From Alphaproteobacteria bacterium (lineage in GTDB: Bacteria; Pseudomonadota; Alphaproteobacteria; CALKHQ01): DNA of 64,000 nt. Every line of letters starts with the position of its first letter. Position 1 is the first letter of the stretch. The stretch is from positions 960,001 through 1,024,000 of the forward strand of contig CBDDFZ010000001.1 of assembly GCA_965227515.1 (NCBI GenBank), read 5' to 3'. Below, one piece after another: positions 48,685 through 57,216 of the stretch. A program made the position numbers and the translations under genes. The notes under the pieces are model-generated. The model did not search any database. It was not told the DNA's origin and saw only the letters and a list, made by a program, of their open reading frames with translations.

Positions 48685-50121
48685 ATGAGTGAGCCGCAAG
48701 GCGGCGAGCCGCGCTGGGCCTTCGACGAGATGAGCGGGCTGGACGGTGTGGTGCGACAGCACTACCAGGCCATCCAGCGCTGGATCGACGAGATGCCGGC
48801 CGATGTGCTGGCCGCCAAGAAGGCGGAGGCCGAGCTGCTCTACAGGCGCATCGGCATCACCTTCGCGGTCTATGGCGAGGGCGGCGACCCGGAACGGCTG
48901 ATCCCGTTCGACGTCGTGCCGCGCATGTTCACCGCCAACGAATGGACGCAACTGGAAGCGGGCCTGCGCCAGCGCGTGACCGCGCTGAACAGCTTCCTGC
49001 AGGACATCTATGGCCAGCAGGAAATCCTCGCCGCCGGCCGCATTCCGCGCGAACTGGTGCTGCTGAACGACGGCTTCCTGCCGGAGATGCACCACCTGAC
49101 GCCGCCGGCCGGCGCGTTCACCCACATCGCCGGGGTCGACATCGTGCGCACCGGCGAAGACGATTTCTATGTGCTGGAGGACAACGTGCGCACCCCCTCC
49201 GGCGTCTCCTACATGCTGGAGAGCCGCGAAGTGATGATGCGGCTGTTCACCGACCTGTTCGAAACCCATCCGGTGGCGCCGGTCGACCAGTACCCGGAGG
49301 AACTGCTGAACACGCTGGCGTCGTGCGCCCCGCCGGGCTGCAACGGCGAGCCGACCATCGTGCTGCTGACGCCGGGCCGCTACAACAGCGCCTATTACGA
49401 GCACTGCTTCCTGTCGGACCTGATGGGCGTGGAGCTGGTGGAGGGCCAGGACCTGTTCGTCATCGACAACGTGGTCTACATGCGCACCACCCGCGGGCCG
49501 CAGCGGGTGGACATCATCTACCGGCGGATCGACGACGACTATCTGGACGCCCTGACCTTCCGCCCCGACAGCGTGCTGGGCGTGGCCGGGCTGTTCAACG
49601 CCTACCGCGCCGGCAACGTCACCATCGCCAACGCGCCGGGGGCGGGCATCGCCGACGACAAGGCGATCTATTCCTACGTGCCCGACATGATCGACTTCTA
49701 TCTCGGCGAGAAGCCGATCCTGAACAATGTGCCGACCTATCGCTGCGGCGAGCCGGAGGACTGCGGCTACGTGCTGGACAATCTGGAATCGCTGGTGGTG
49801 AAGGAGGTTCACGGCTCCGGCGGCTACGGCATGCTGGTCGGCCCCCGGTCGACCGAGGGCGAGCGTGCCGCCTATGCGGAGCGGGTGAAGGCCGATCCCG
49901 GCCAGTTCATCGCCCAGCCGACCCTGGCGCTCAGCACCTCGCCGACCTTCACCGATGCCGACATCGCACCGCGCCACGTCGACCTGCGTGTCTTCGTGCT
50001 GGCCGGCCGCGACATCCGCATCGTGCCGGGTGGGCTGACCCGGGTGGCGCTGAAGGAAGGGTCGCTGGTGGTGAACTCCAGCCAGGGCGGCGGCACCAAG
50101 GACACATGGGTGCTGCGGTGA
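48685..50121 (+). CDS. Circularly permuted type 2 ATP-grasp protein
   Basis: GITFAVY, ERLIPFD, VLEDNVRTPSGVSY, YRRIDD, GIADDK and VNSSQGGGTKDTWV. Confidence 0.96.
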   Translation: MSEPQGGEPRWAFDEMSGLDGVVRQHYQAIQRWIDEMPADVLAAKKAEAELLYRRIGITFAVYGEGGDPERLIPFDVVPRMFTANEWTQLEAGLRQRVTALNSFLQDIYGQQEILAAGRIPRELVLLNDGFLPEMHHLTPPAGAFTHIAGVDIVRTGEDDFYVLEDNVRTPSGVSYMLESREVMMRLFTDLFETHPVAPVDQYPEELLNTLASCAPPGCNGEPTIVLLTPGRYNSAYYEHCFLSDLMGVELVEGQDLFVIDNVVYMRTTRGPQRVDIIYRRIDDDYLDALTFRPDSVLGVAGLFNAYRAGNVTIANAPGAGIADDKAIYSYVPDMIDFYLGEKPILNNVPTYRCGEPEDCGYVLDNLESLVVKEVHGSGGYGMLVGPRSTEGERAAYAERVKADPGQFIAQPTLALSTSPTFTDADIAPRHVDLRVFVLAGRDIRIVPGGLTRVALKEGSLVVNSSQGGGTKDTWVLR

Positions 50122-50137
50122 CGGACGGTCTATCGCC

Positions 50138-51079
50138 ATGCTGAGCCGAACAGCCGACAGCCTCTACTGGATGGCGCGCTACATCGAGCGGGCGGGCAAT
50201 CTGGCGCGTACTCTGCAGGTGGCCGACCGGATGTCGATCGTCGCGCGCAAGACCGCCGACAACCCGACCGAGTGGCACTCCGCCCTGGTCACCGCGGCGA
50301 CCGAGGTGGCGTACTACAACAGCCACGACCGCGCCGACCGCGACGGCGTGATCGACTATCTGGCGCTGGACAGGAACAACCCGTCGAGCATCATCTCGTG
50401 CTTCGAGGCCGCGCGCGCCTCGGCCCGCGCCGTGCGCGCGGCGCTGACCAGCGATATGTGGGACGTCGTCAACGGCACCTGGCTGGACCTGCAGTCGGGC
50501 CGCATCCTGGAACTGCGCCGCCGCGACCTGAGCGCGTTCCTGGACTGGGTGCGCGAGCGCACCGTGCTGTTCAGCGGCACCGCCGACAGCGGCATGCTGC
50601 GCAACGACGCCTTCTACTTCGTCAATCTGGGCACGCACATCGAGCGGGCGGACAGCACCGCGCGCATCCTGGACGTCAAGTATCACATCCTGCTGGAGCC
50701 CGATCAGGAGATCGGCGGCGGTGTCGACTATCACCAGTGGGCGGCCGTGCTGCGCGCGGTGTCGGCGCTGCGCGCCTATCACTGGATCTATCGCGACCGC
50801 ATCAAGCCCTGGCAGATCGCCGAGCTGTTGATCCTGCGGCCGGAGATGCCGCGCTCGCTGTTGTCGTGCATGGGCGAGGTGAAGTGGAGCCTGGACAAGC
50901 TGGCGGCCGACTATGGCTGGACCCATGAATGCCAGCGCTCGGCCGGCTGGCTGCATTCCAGGCTGACCTATCGCCGCATCGACGACATCTACCAGAGCGG
51001 CCTGCACGAGTTCCTGCGCGAGTTCATCGACAAGACCGGTGAACTGTCGAACGAGATTGCCCGTGCCTATCTGTTCTGA
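50138..51079 (+). CDS. Alpha-E domain protein (DUF403)
   Basis: MLSRTADSLYWMARYIERA, GTHIERAD.TAR.LDVKY, MPRS and GLHEFL. Confidence 0.95.
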   Translation: MLSRTADSLYWMARYIERAGNLARTLQVADRMSIVARKTADNPTEWHSALVTAATEVAYYNSHDRADRDGVIDYLALDRNNPSSIISCFEAARASARAVRAALTSDMWDVVNGTWLDLQSGRILELRRRDLSAFLDWVRERTVLFSGTADSGMLRNDAFYFVNLGTHIERADSTARILDVKYHILLEPDQEIGGGVDYHQWAAVLRAVSALRAYHWIYRDRIKPWQIAELLILRPEMPRSLLSCMGEVKWSLDKLAADYGWTHECQRSAGWLHSRLTYRRIDDIYQSGLHEFLREFIDKTGELSNEIARAYLF

Positions 51080-51130
51080 TCCGGCGCCGCACCGTCGCGC
51101 GGTCAGGCGAAAGGGGGCCTGATTCAAGCC

Positions 51131-52057
51131 ATGCAGCTGCATATCCGCCACCTGACCACCTATACCTACTCCGAGCCGCTGACCTACTCGATCCAGAGCC
51201 TGCGCCTCACACCCAGGGGGTGCGGCAACCAGCAGGTCATGCGCTGGTCGGTGACCGGCATGGACCGCGGCCGCCTGCCCGAGGTGATCGACGCCTTCGG
51301 CAACCCGGTGCAGACATTGTCGGTCACCCGCCGGCCGCAGCGAGACAACCTCGCCGCGATGCAGGACCCGAACCACAATTTGTGGGCAGGTGGCCAGTCG
51401 CAATCGCAATCCCAGGCGCAGATTCAGGCGGACGACGAAGAAACCGGCCCAGCCGACGAGATCGTGATCTGGGCCGAGGGCGACGTGGTGACCCAGGACA
51501 GCCATGGCATCATCCGCAACGCCGAGGAGACGTTCCCGGTCGACTTCTACCTGCGCGACACCCCGCTGACCGAGGTGAACGCGGAACTGGGCGATCTCGC
51601 GGACAGCGCACCCGGCGACAGCGACGACGTGACCCGCATCCACAAGCTGATGCAGGCGATCCGCGACCGGGTGGAGTACCGCACCGGCGTCACCCACGCC
51701 GCCACGCCCGCCGCGGTGGCGCTGGAGCACGGCCATGGCGTGTGCCAGGACCACGCCCACGTACTGATCGCCTGCGCGCGCCATCTCGGCTATCCGGCCC
51801 GCTACATCAACGGCTACATGCATGTCGAAGGCGAGGAGGACGGACCCTACGAGGCGGCCCACGCCTGGGCCGAGATCCATCTGCCCGACCTGGGCTGGGT
51901 CGGCTTCGATCCGGCCAACCGGGTCTGTCCCACCGAGGGCTATGTGCGCATGTCGGTCGGCCTGGACTTCGGCAGCGCCACCCCGGTGCGCGGCGTGCGC
52001 ACCGGCGGCGGCGAGGAAACGATGACGGTGGAGGTCCACGTCTCGCGCGTGGATTAG
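51131..52057 (+). CDS. Transglutaminase family protein (Bact_transglu_N plus core) with a low-complexity insertion
   Basis: IRHLTTYTY..LRLTP; triad motifs GVCQDHAH, HAWAE and GFDPAN. Confidence 0.95.
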   Translation: MQLHIRHLTTYTYSEPLTYSIQSLRLTPRGCGNQQVMRWSVTGMDRGRLPEVIDAFGNPVQTLSVTRRPQRDNLAAMQDPNHNLWAGGQSQSQSQAQIQADDEETGPADEIVIWAEGDVVTQDSHGIIRNAEETFPVDFYLRDTPLTEVNAELGDLADSAPGDSDDVTRIHKLMQAIRDRVEYRTGVTHAATPAAVALEHGHGVCQDHAHVLIACARHLGYPARYINGYMHVEGEEDGPYEAAHAWAEIHLPDLGWVGFDPANRVCPTEGYVRMSVGLDFGSATPVRGVRTGGGEETMTVEVHVSRVD

Positions 52058-52122
52058 GGGGCGGCAATACGCCTACCGATTCCGGGATAGCGCACCGGCC
52101 TCGAATCGCCGAATATGACGCC

Positions 52123-52887
52123 ATGACATACTGCGTCGGCATGCTGCTTCGCGACGGACTGATCATGGTGTCCGACACCCGCACCAACGCGGGCGTCGAC
52201 CACATCTCCACCTACCGCAAGATGACCGTCTGGCAGAAGCCCGGCGACCGCGTGATCGCGCTGATGACGGCGGGCAATCTGTCGGTGTCGCAGTCGGTGG
52301 TGAACCTGCTGAACGAGGCACTGCCGGAGGACGGCTCCGACCCCCCCGACGACCCGAACGCGCCCGACAACATCATGACCGCGCCGTCGATGTTCCGGGT
52401 CGCCCGGCTGGTCGGCGAGGCGGTGCGCCAGGTCCGCACCAACGAGAAGCCGACGCAACTGGCCGACGACAGCTCGTTCTCGGTCTCGCTGATGCTGGGC
52501 GGGCAGGTCCAGGGCCGCACCCTGCGCATGTTCCACATCTACGACGCCGGCAATTTCATCGAGGCCAGCGAGGACACGCCGTATTTCCAGCTCGGCGAGC
52601 ACAAGTACGGCAAGCCGCTGCTGGATCGCGCGATCACGTTCCAGACCGGGCTCGGCGACGGGCTGAAAGTGGCGCTAATCTCGATGGACTCGACCATGCG
52701 CTCCAACATGACCGTGGGCATGCCGCTGGACGTGGCGGTGATCCGGCGCGACCAGCCGGAAGTCGCCCTGCAGCACAGGATCGAGCCCGGCGACCCCTAT
52801 TTCAACGACATTCGCGAGCGCTGGTCTCAGGCGCTGCGCCACGCCTATACCATCCTGCCCGACGCCGACTGGGCCACGCTGGATTGA
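52123..52887 (+). CDS. Proteasome-type protease Anbu
   Basis: MTYCVG (Thr nucleophile), SDTRTNAGVD, GNFIEA, GEHKYGKP and SMDSTMRSN.TVG.P. Confidence 0.95.
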   Translation: MTYCVGMLLRDGLIMVSDTRTNAGVDHISTYRKMTVWQKPGDRVIALMTAGNLSVSQSVVNLLNEALPEDGSDPPDDPNAPDNIMTAPSMFRVARLVGEAVRQVRTNEKPTQLADDSSFSVSLMLGGQVQGRTLRMFHIYDAGNFIEASEDTPYFQLGEHKYGKPLLDRAITFQTGLGDGLKVALISMDSTMRSNMTVGMPLDVAVIRRDQPEVALQHRIEPGDPYFNDIRERWSQALRHAYTILPDADWATLD

Positions 52888-52894
52888 GCCGGCG

Positions 52895-53401
52895 ATGACG
52901 GACCTGCCAGACTGGCCCACGGACATAACTGACAGCGGTCGCGCGCTGGCCGCCGGCACCTATTTCTTCGAGGATCTGGCGGTCGGCGACCACTGGAAGA
53001 CCGGCGCGATGACGCTGACCGACGCCCACATCGTGGGTTTCGCCGGGCTGTCGGGCGACTTCTTCGACCTGCACATGGACGACGAGTTCGCCCGCGACTT
53101 CGGGTTCTCCGCGCGTGTTGCCCACGGGTTGCTGGGGCTCTCCCTGCTGGACGGACTGAAGAATCGGGCCGACGTGCGCATCGCCGCCATCGCCTCGCTC
53201 GGCTGGTCATGGGACTTCAAGGGGCCACTGGTCTCAGGCGACCGCATCTCCGGCCTGGTTCGCATCAACCAGCTCCGCATGACCTCCAAGCCCGGCCGCG
53301 CGTTTTGCGAGCTGGCGCTCCGGCTGATCGGCAATGGCGAGACGATCGCCCAGGACGGCAGCACCCGCATGCTGATCCGTTGCCGAGAGAGTTCGGCCTA
53401 G
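52895..53401 (+). CDS. MaoC-family (hotdog fold) dehydratase
   Basis: YFFEDL.VG, FAGLSGDFFDLHMD and VAHGLL. Confidence 0.9.
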   Translation: MTDLPDWPTDITDSGRALAAGTYFFEDLAVGDHWKTGAMTLTDAHIVGFAGLSGDFFDLHMDDEFARDFGFSARVAHGLLGLSLLDGLKNRADVRIAAIASLGWSWDFKGPLVSGDRISGLVRINQLRMTSKPGRAFCELALRLIGNGETIAQDGSTRMLIRCRESSA

Positions 53402-53541
53402 GGCCTTTTCAGGGCGGTTTCGCCCAAACCGTGATGATTTCGGGGCACCGCGCAGGGTTGGCTCCCAGGCGGCGTGGAAGGCGCATCGACCGGCCAAAGA
53501 ACGGCTGGTCATGCCAACCAACGCCGATAAGGAGTGCCACC

Positions 53542-53982
53542 ATGATCAAGACCGCCATTCTCGCCGCCGGCCTCGCCGTTGCCACCACCGCCACTGCCCT
53601 GGCGCAGATTTCGGCCACCACCGCCGGTCAGGACATGCTGCACGAGATGGAGATTTCGCTGGTCACCGCCAACAACCGGTTGGCGCAGGTGCCGCTCTCC
53701 GACCTGTCGCAGGTGACCGACATCATCGCGCATCTGGGCAACGACGCCCGCGTCGTGCACGACGCCTTCTACAACAACCCGGTCGACACCAGTGGCGTGT
53801 GCAGCCGCGACGACATCATCCAGACCATGGACGAGCTGAACCACGTGGTGCTGACCTATCGCGACAACCTCGGCAACCCGCCGGCCGACCTTGTCCTCGC
53901 CTTCGAGTTGCTGACCGACCGTCTCGACACCATCGAGCACCGTCTGGCCGACGCGATGAACCAGGCCGAGGCCGGTTGCTGA
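53542..53982 (+). CDS. Exported helical hypothetical protein
   Basis: TAAGGAG RBS; signal peptide MIKTAILAAGLAVATTATALA; two Cys; own terminator. Confidence 0.8.
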   Translation: MIKTAILAAGLAVATTATALAQISATTAGQDMLHEMEISLVTANNRLAQVPLSDLSQVTDIIAHLGNDARVVHDAFYNNPVDTSGVCSRDDIIQTMDELNHVVLTYRDNLGNPPADLVLAFELLTDRLDTIEHRLADAMNQAEAGC

Positions 53983-54004
53983 TCGGGGAATAGTTTGCTC
54001 GAGC

Positions 54005-54034
54005 GGGGGCGGTCAGCAATGGCCGCCCCTTCTT
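54005..54034 (+). terminator. Intrinsic terminator
   Basis: GGGGCGGTCA-GCAA-TGGCCGCCCC followed by TTCTT. Confidence 0.75.
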
Positions 54035-54116
54035 GCGTGTTCCGATGCCGAAAATTTGAGCCAACAACTGACCGTTGCGGTTATCCGGATATTAATCCAC
54101 GCTGCGCGAGGATCGC

Positions 54117-54211
54117 TCAAGTCGGCACCGGCCCTCTCCCCCACCCGGCCACCCAGCAGGATACTATCGTTGGGCGGCCGGGTGGGGGAGCGGGCTGGCG
54201 CCGATTCAGCG
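54117..54211. repeat. 95-nt long palindrome, copy 2 (loop inverted relative to copy 1)
   Basis: Arms match 42431-42525. Confidence 0.9.
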
Positions 54212-54272
54212 CAAGCTGTTATTGATCCACGTGACATAGGCACGTCGACGACCCCGAAGTTGGACCTGCCAG

Positions 54273-56567
54273 ATGGCGACCCTGAACCGCAGAACACTGC
54301 TGCGCGGATTGGCCGGCTGCGGCGCGATGAGCGCCACGGCGGCGTGCGGCGGCCTGCGCTCGGCGACCGGCCCGGCCGGACCGGCCAGCGGCGCGGGCTT
54401 GGCGTCCACGGCTGACGTATCGGCCGAACTCAACGACCTTTCCAGCCTGCGCGCCCATCCGCCGATCGACGGCGTGGTGGTGCGGGTCGCCGGCCACACA
54501 TTGCCGGGCGACGGCGGCGGCGGCGTGTTCACCTGGGTGCCCGGCGCCAATTTTGCCGACGACGACGGCATCTATGTCGCCTCCCAGCTCATCGCCGAGG
54601 GGCGGTGGGTGCGCGACTATGGCGATGAGCGCCTGAACGCGAAGTGGTTCGGCGCCAATGGCGATGGCGCGCGCAACGACGGGCCGGCGCTGGAACGCGC
54701 CATGGCCTGCGCCGCCGCCATGAGCACGCCCCTGGTCATTCCGTCCGGGCGCTATCTGGTGACCAGCAACGTGAATGCCGAGGTGGCGGCGGGCGAAGAA
54801 CTACGCGTGATGGGCGAGGGCGCCACCATCGTGCGCACCGGCGGCGACGGCCGGCTGCGCTTCGATGCGCCGCTGGTGACCACCGCCCGCCTGGCACAGA
54901 CGGTGGCGCAGGGCGACACCCAGGTCGTGGTCGACGATCCGGGTGGTGTCGCACCCGGCGACATCATGGAGATCATGACCGGCATCCGGGTGTCGTCGGT
55001 GCGCGAGAGCAGCTGGACCATGACCTGGTTCGGCACCGTCACCGCTGTCAACGGCAACCGCATCACCCTGGACGGCCCGTCGGACTATCGCTTCCACCCC
55101 TTCCGACGGCTGACCTACCGGATGGACGGCAACACCCGCGACGTGGTCTACCGCATCTTCTTCGGCGGCGAGGAACGCGACGTGGTGGTCAAGCTGGACG
55201 GCCGCACGCTCAGGGCTGGCGCCGACTACGCGATCTCCGGCAATCCGGTCAGCGGCTACGACATCAGCCTCAATGCCGCTCCGCCCGCCGGCGCGATGCT
55301 GTCCCTGGAGACCCGGGAATCGATCGCCGCGCGCTTCTTCCGCGGCGGCCGCCTGCATGTCAGCGGGCTGAAGTTCGAGTCCGATTTTCTGGTCGCCGGT
55401 GGCGTGACCTACGTCGACAGCCGCGGCCTCGCGCCGCGCGGTGCGCGCTTCAGCGATATCGAGATGCACGAGGCGAACCCGCCGCATTACCCGCAAACCG
55501 GCTACCCCAGCGGGCAAAGCTTCGACCTGTTCGACGCCGGGCTGATCGAGGGCCTGGTGGAGAACGTCACCGTCTATGGCGGCCGTTATGCGGTGAAGGC
55601 CGGCAAGGGGCGCAAGACCGTCTATCGCAACATCGTCGGCCGCAAGTGCTGGGCCGTGTTCGCATCGTTCAGCGCCGCCGACAACCACGTGCGCTCGCTG
55701 AAGGCCATCGACTGCACCCTCGCCGCCGACAGCCACTATGCCCACCGGCAATTCGTCGACGGGGTGGAATCGGTCAATGGCTATGACGGCATGAACCACC
55801 GCGCCAATGGCGGCGTGCTGCGCAATGTGCAGGTGGTGAACACCCGCTCGCCCGGCTCGCCGGGCCTGCCGTTCGGCGTCAGCCAGGGCTCGCCGCTCTA
55901 TGACCACCTGATCGCCGACCCCCAGGACAACCCGTTCTTCATGTACGTGCACGCCGAAAACGGCATCGCCAACGACATGCTGATCGAGAATGCGCGCTTC
56001 TCGGCACCCGGCGATGGCGAGGGCTATGGCCTGTCAGGCACCCTGCTGCACCGGCTGACCTTGCGCGACGTGGACACCGACGGCTACTTCTCCATCGACG
56101 GCAACGGGCCGCCGCCGATCCGCCACCTGGACATCGACGGCTTCACCTGCCGGGCGGCCAATCTGCGCGGCATCACCGACACCATCTCGGCACGCGGGCT
56201 GGTGTGCGGCCGGATACGCCTGTCGGGCAGCAGTGCCGGCATTGACGGCCAAGGCGCGATCACGTTCGCCGATTGCACCATCGACGGCGCGATGGCCGGC
56301 CGCGACGGCCTGTTGGAGGACGACGGCCCCAATGGTCATGGCGAGCGCCACTTCACCGATTGCCGTTTCGTCAACGCCGAGCGGCTGTTCGTGCCGGGCG
56401 CGTGGGCGAACGCATCCCACAACACGCGCCGTTATGTGTTCGAGCGCTGCCACTTCGACCTCTCGGCCGCCAGTGCCGACGATGCCTATCCCGCGCCGGC
56501 CAGCGAGAACGGCGCGCTGGTGTTCCGTGACTGCACGTTTGCCGGCGTCGCGCCGCCAACCGGCTGA
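54273..56567 (+). CDS. Tat-exported probable lipoprotein with a tailspike-like right-handed beta-helix (pectate lyase 3-like)
   Basis: NRRTLL Tat motif; TAAC lipobox; GDGGGGVFTW..DDDG..GRWVR; NAKWFGANGDG.RNDGPAL..A; IPSGRYL. Confidence 0.75.
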   Translation: MATLNRRTLLRGLAGCGAMSATAACGGLRSATGPAGPASGAGLASTADVSAELNDLSSLRAHPPIDGVVVRVAGHTLPGDGGGGVFTWVPGANFADDDGIYVASQLIAEGRWVRDYGDERLNAKWFGANGDGARNDGPALERAMACAAAMSTPLVIPSGRYLVTSNVNAEVAAGEELRVMGEGATIVRTGGDGRLRFDAPLVTTARLAQTVAQGDTQVVVDDPGGVAPGDIMEIMTGIRVSSVRESSWTMTWFGTVTAVNGNRITLDGPSDYRFHPFRRLTYRMDGNTRDVVYRIFFGGEERDVVVKLDGRTLRAGADYAISGNPVSGYDISLNAAPPAGAMLSLETRESIAARFFRGGRLHVSGLKFESDFLVAGGVTYVDSRGLAPRGARFSDIEMHEANPPHYPQTGYPSGQSFDLFDAGLIEGLVENVTVYGGRYAVKAGKGRKTVYRNIVGRKCWAVFASFSAADNHVRSLKAIDCTLAADSHYAHRQFVDGVESVNGYDGMNHRANGGVLRNVQVVNTRSPGSPGLPFGVSQGSPLYDHLIADPQDNPFFMYVHAENGIANDMLIENARFSAPGDGEGYGLSGTLLHRLTLRDVDTDGYFSIDGNGPPPIRHLDIDGFTCRAANLRGITDTISARGLVCGRIRLSGSSAGIDGQGAITFADCTIDGAMAGRDGLLEDDGPNGHGERHFTDCRFVNAERLFVPGAWANASHNTRRYVFERCHFDLSAASADDAYPAPASENGALVFRDCTFAGVAPPTG

Positions 56568-56690
56568 AAGCGGCCGCCAGCGCCGGCCATGCGGGCAGGG
56601 ACCCCGCGCATATTAGTCAAATTTTAGCCGAATGCCGGCAAGCTGCGGCTGTTTGCCGATGAGCACGCCGCTGACGGAAGGGCTCGGTCC

Positions 56691-57086
56691 GTGAATGTTC
56701 GATCGATAAACTGCCTGGTCGTGGATGATTCCAAGGTCGTCCGGTCCGTCGCCCGCCGCATCCTGCATGAGCTGGATATCGACGTGGCCGAAGCCGAACA
56801 CGGCGAAGAGGCGCTGCGGATGATCCGCCGGGACATGCCCGACGTGATCCTGCTGGATATGAACATGCCTGTGATGGACGGCATGTCGTTCCTGCACCAT
56901 GTGCGCGACGAATTCGGAGAGTTCGGCCCTACTGTGATCTGCTGCTCGACCGAGAACAGCGCCACGCAGGTGCAGAAGGCGATCGAGGCCGGTGCCAGCG
57001 AATACATCATGAAGCCGTTCGACGACACCATCATTCGGCTGAAGCTGGAGCAGATCGGCATCCTGCGCGACCGGCTTGCAAGCTAG
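56691..57086 (+). CDS. Single-domain response regulator (CheY-like)
   Basis: LVVDDS, ILLDMNMPVMDG and YIMKPFD. Confidence 0.93.
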   Translation: MNVRSINCLVVDDSKVVRSVARRILHELDIDVAEAEHGEEALRMIRRDMPDVILLDMNMPVMDGMSFLHHVRDEFGEFGPTVICCSTENSATQVQKAIEAGASEYIMKPFDDTIIRLKLEQIGILRDRLAS

Positions 57087-57152
57087 GCAATCGGTTTCTT
57101 CTTTGTGGATCTCAGTGCGCCGCCGACGAAACGGCGCGCGCGCAATTTGTCG

Positions 57153-57167
57153 TTAATGCCACGTTAA
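57153..57167. promoter_or_regulatory. CtrA binding site
   Basis: Perfect TTAA-TGCCACG-TTAA about 50 bp upstream of the hybrid kinase ATG. Confidence 0.65.
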
Positions 57168-57216
57168 GCTGGGGGCGCGACTCTGTCTGCAACGATTGCG
57201 ACTCAAGGCAAAGTGC

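Noticed and set aside
48685-52887. Anbu operon as a previously undescribed system
   Set aside because: The four-gene architecture is already described; only its local peculiarities are reported as findings.
53400-57100. Prophage or gene transfer agent remnant around the tailspike-like gene
   Set aside because: No capsid, terminase, integrase or other tail genes; host-like composition; the gene has an export signal.
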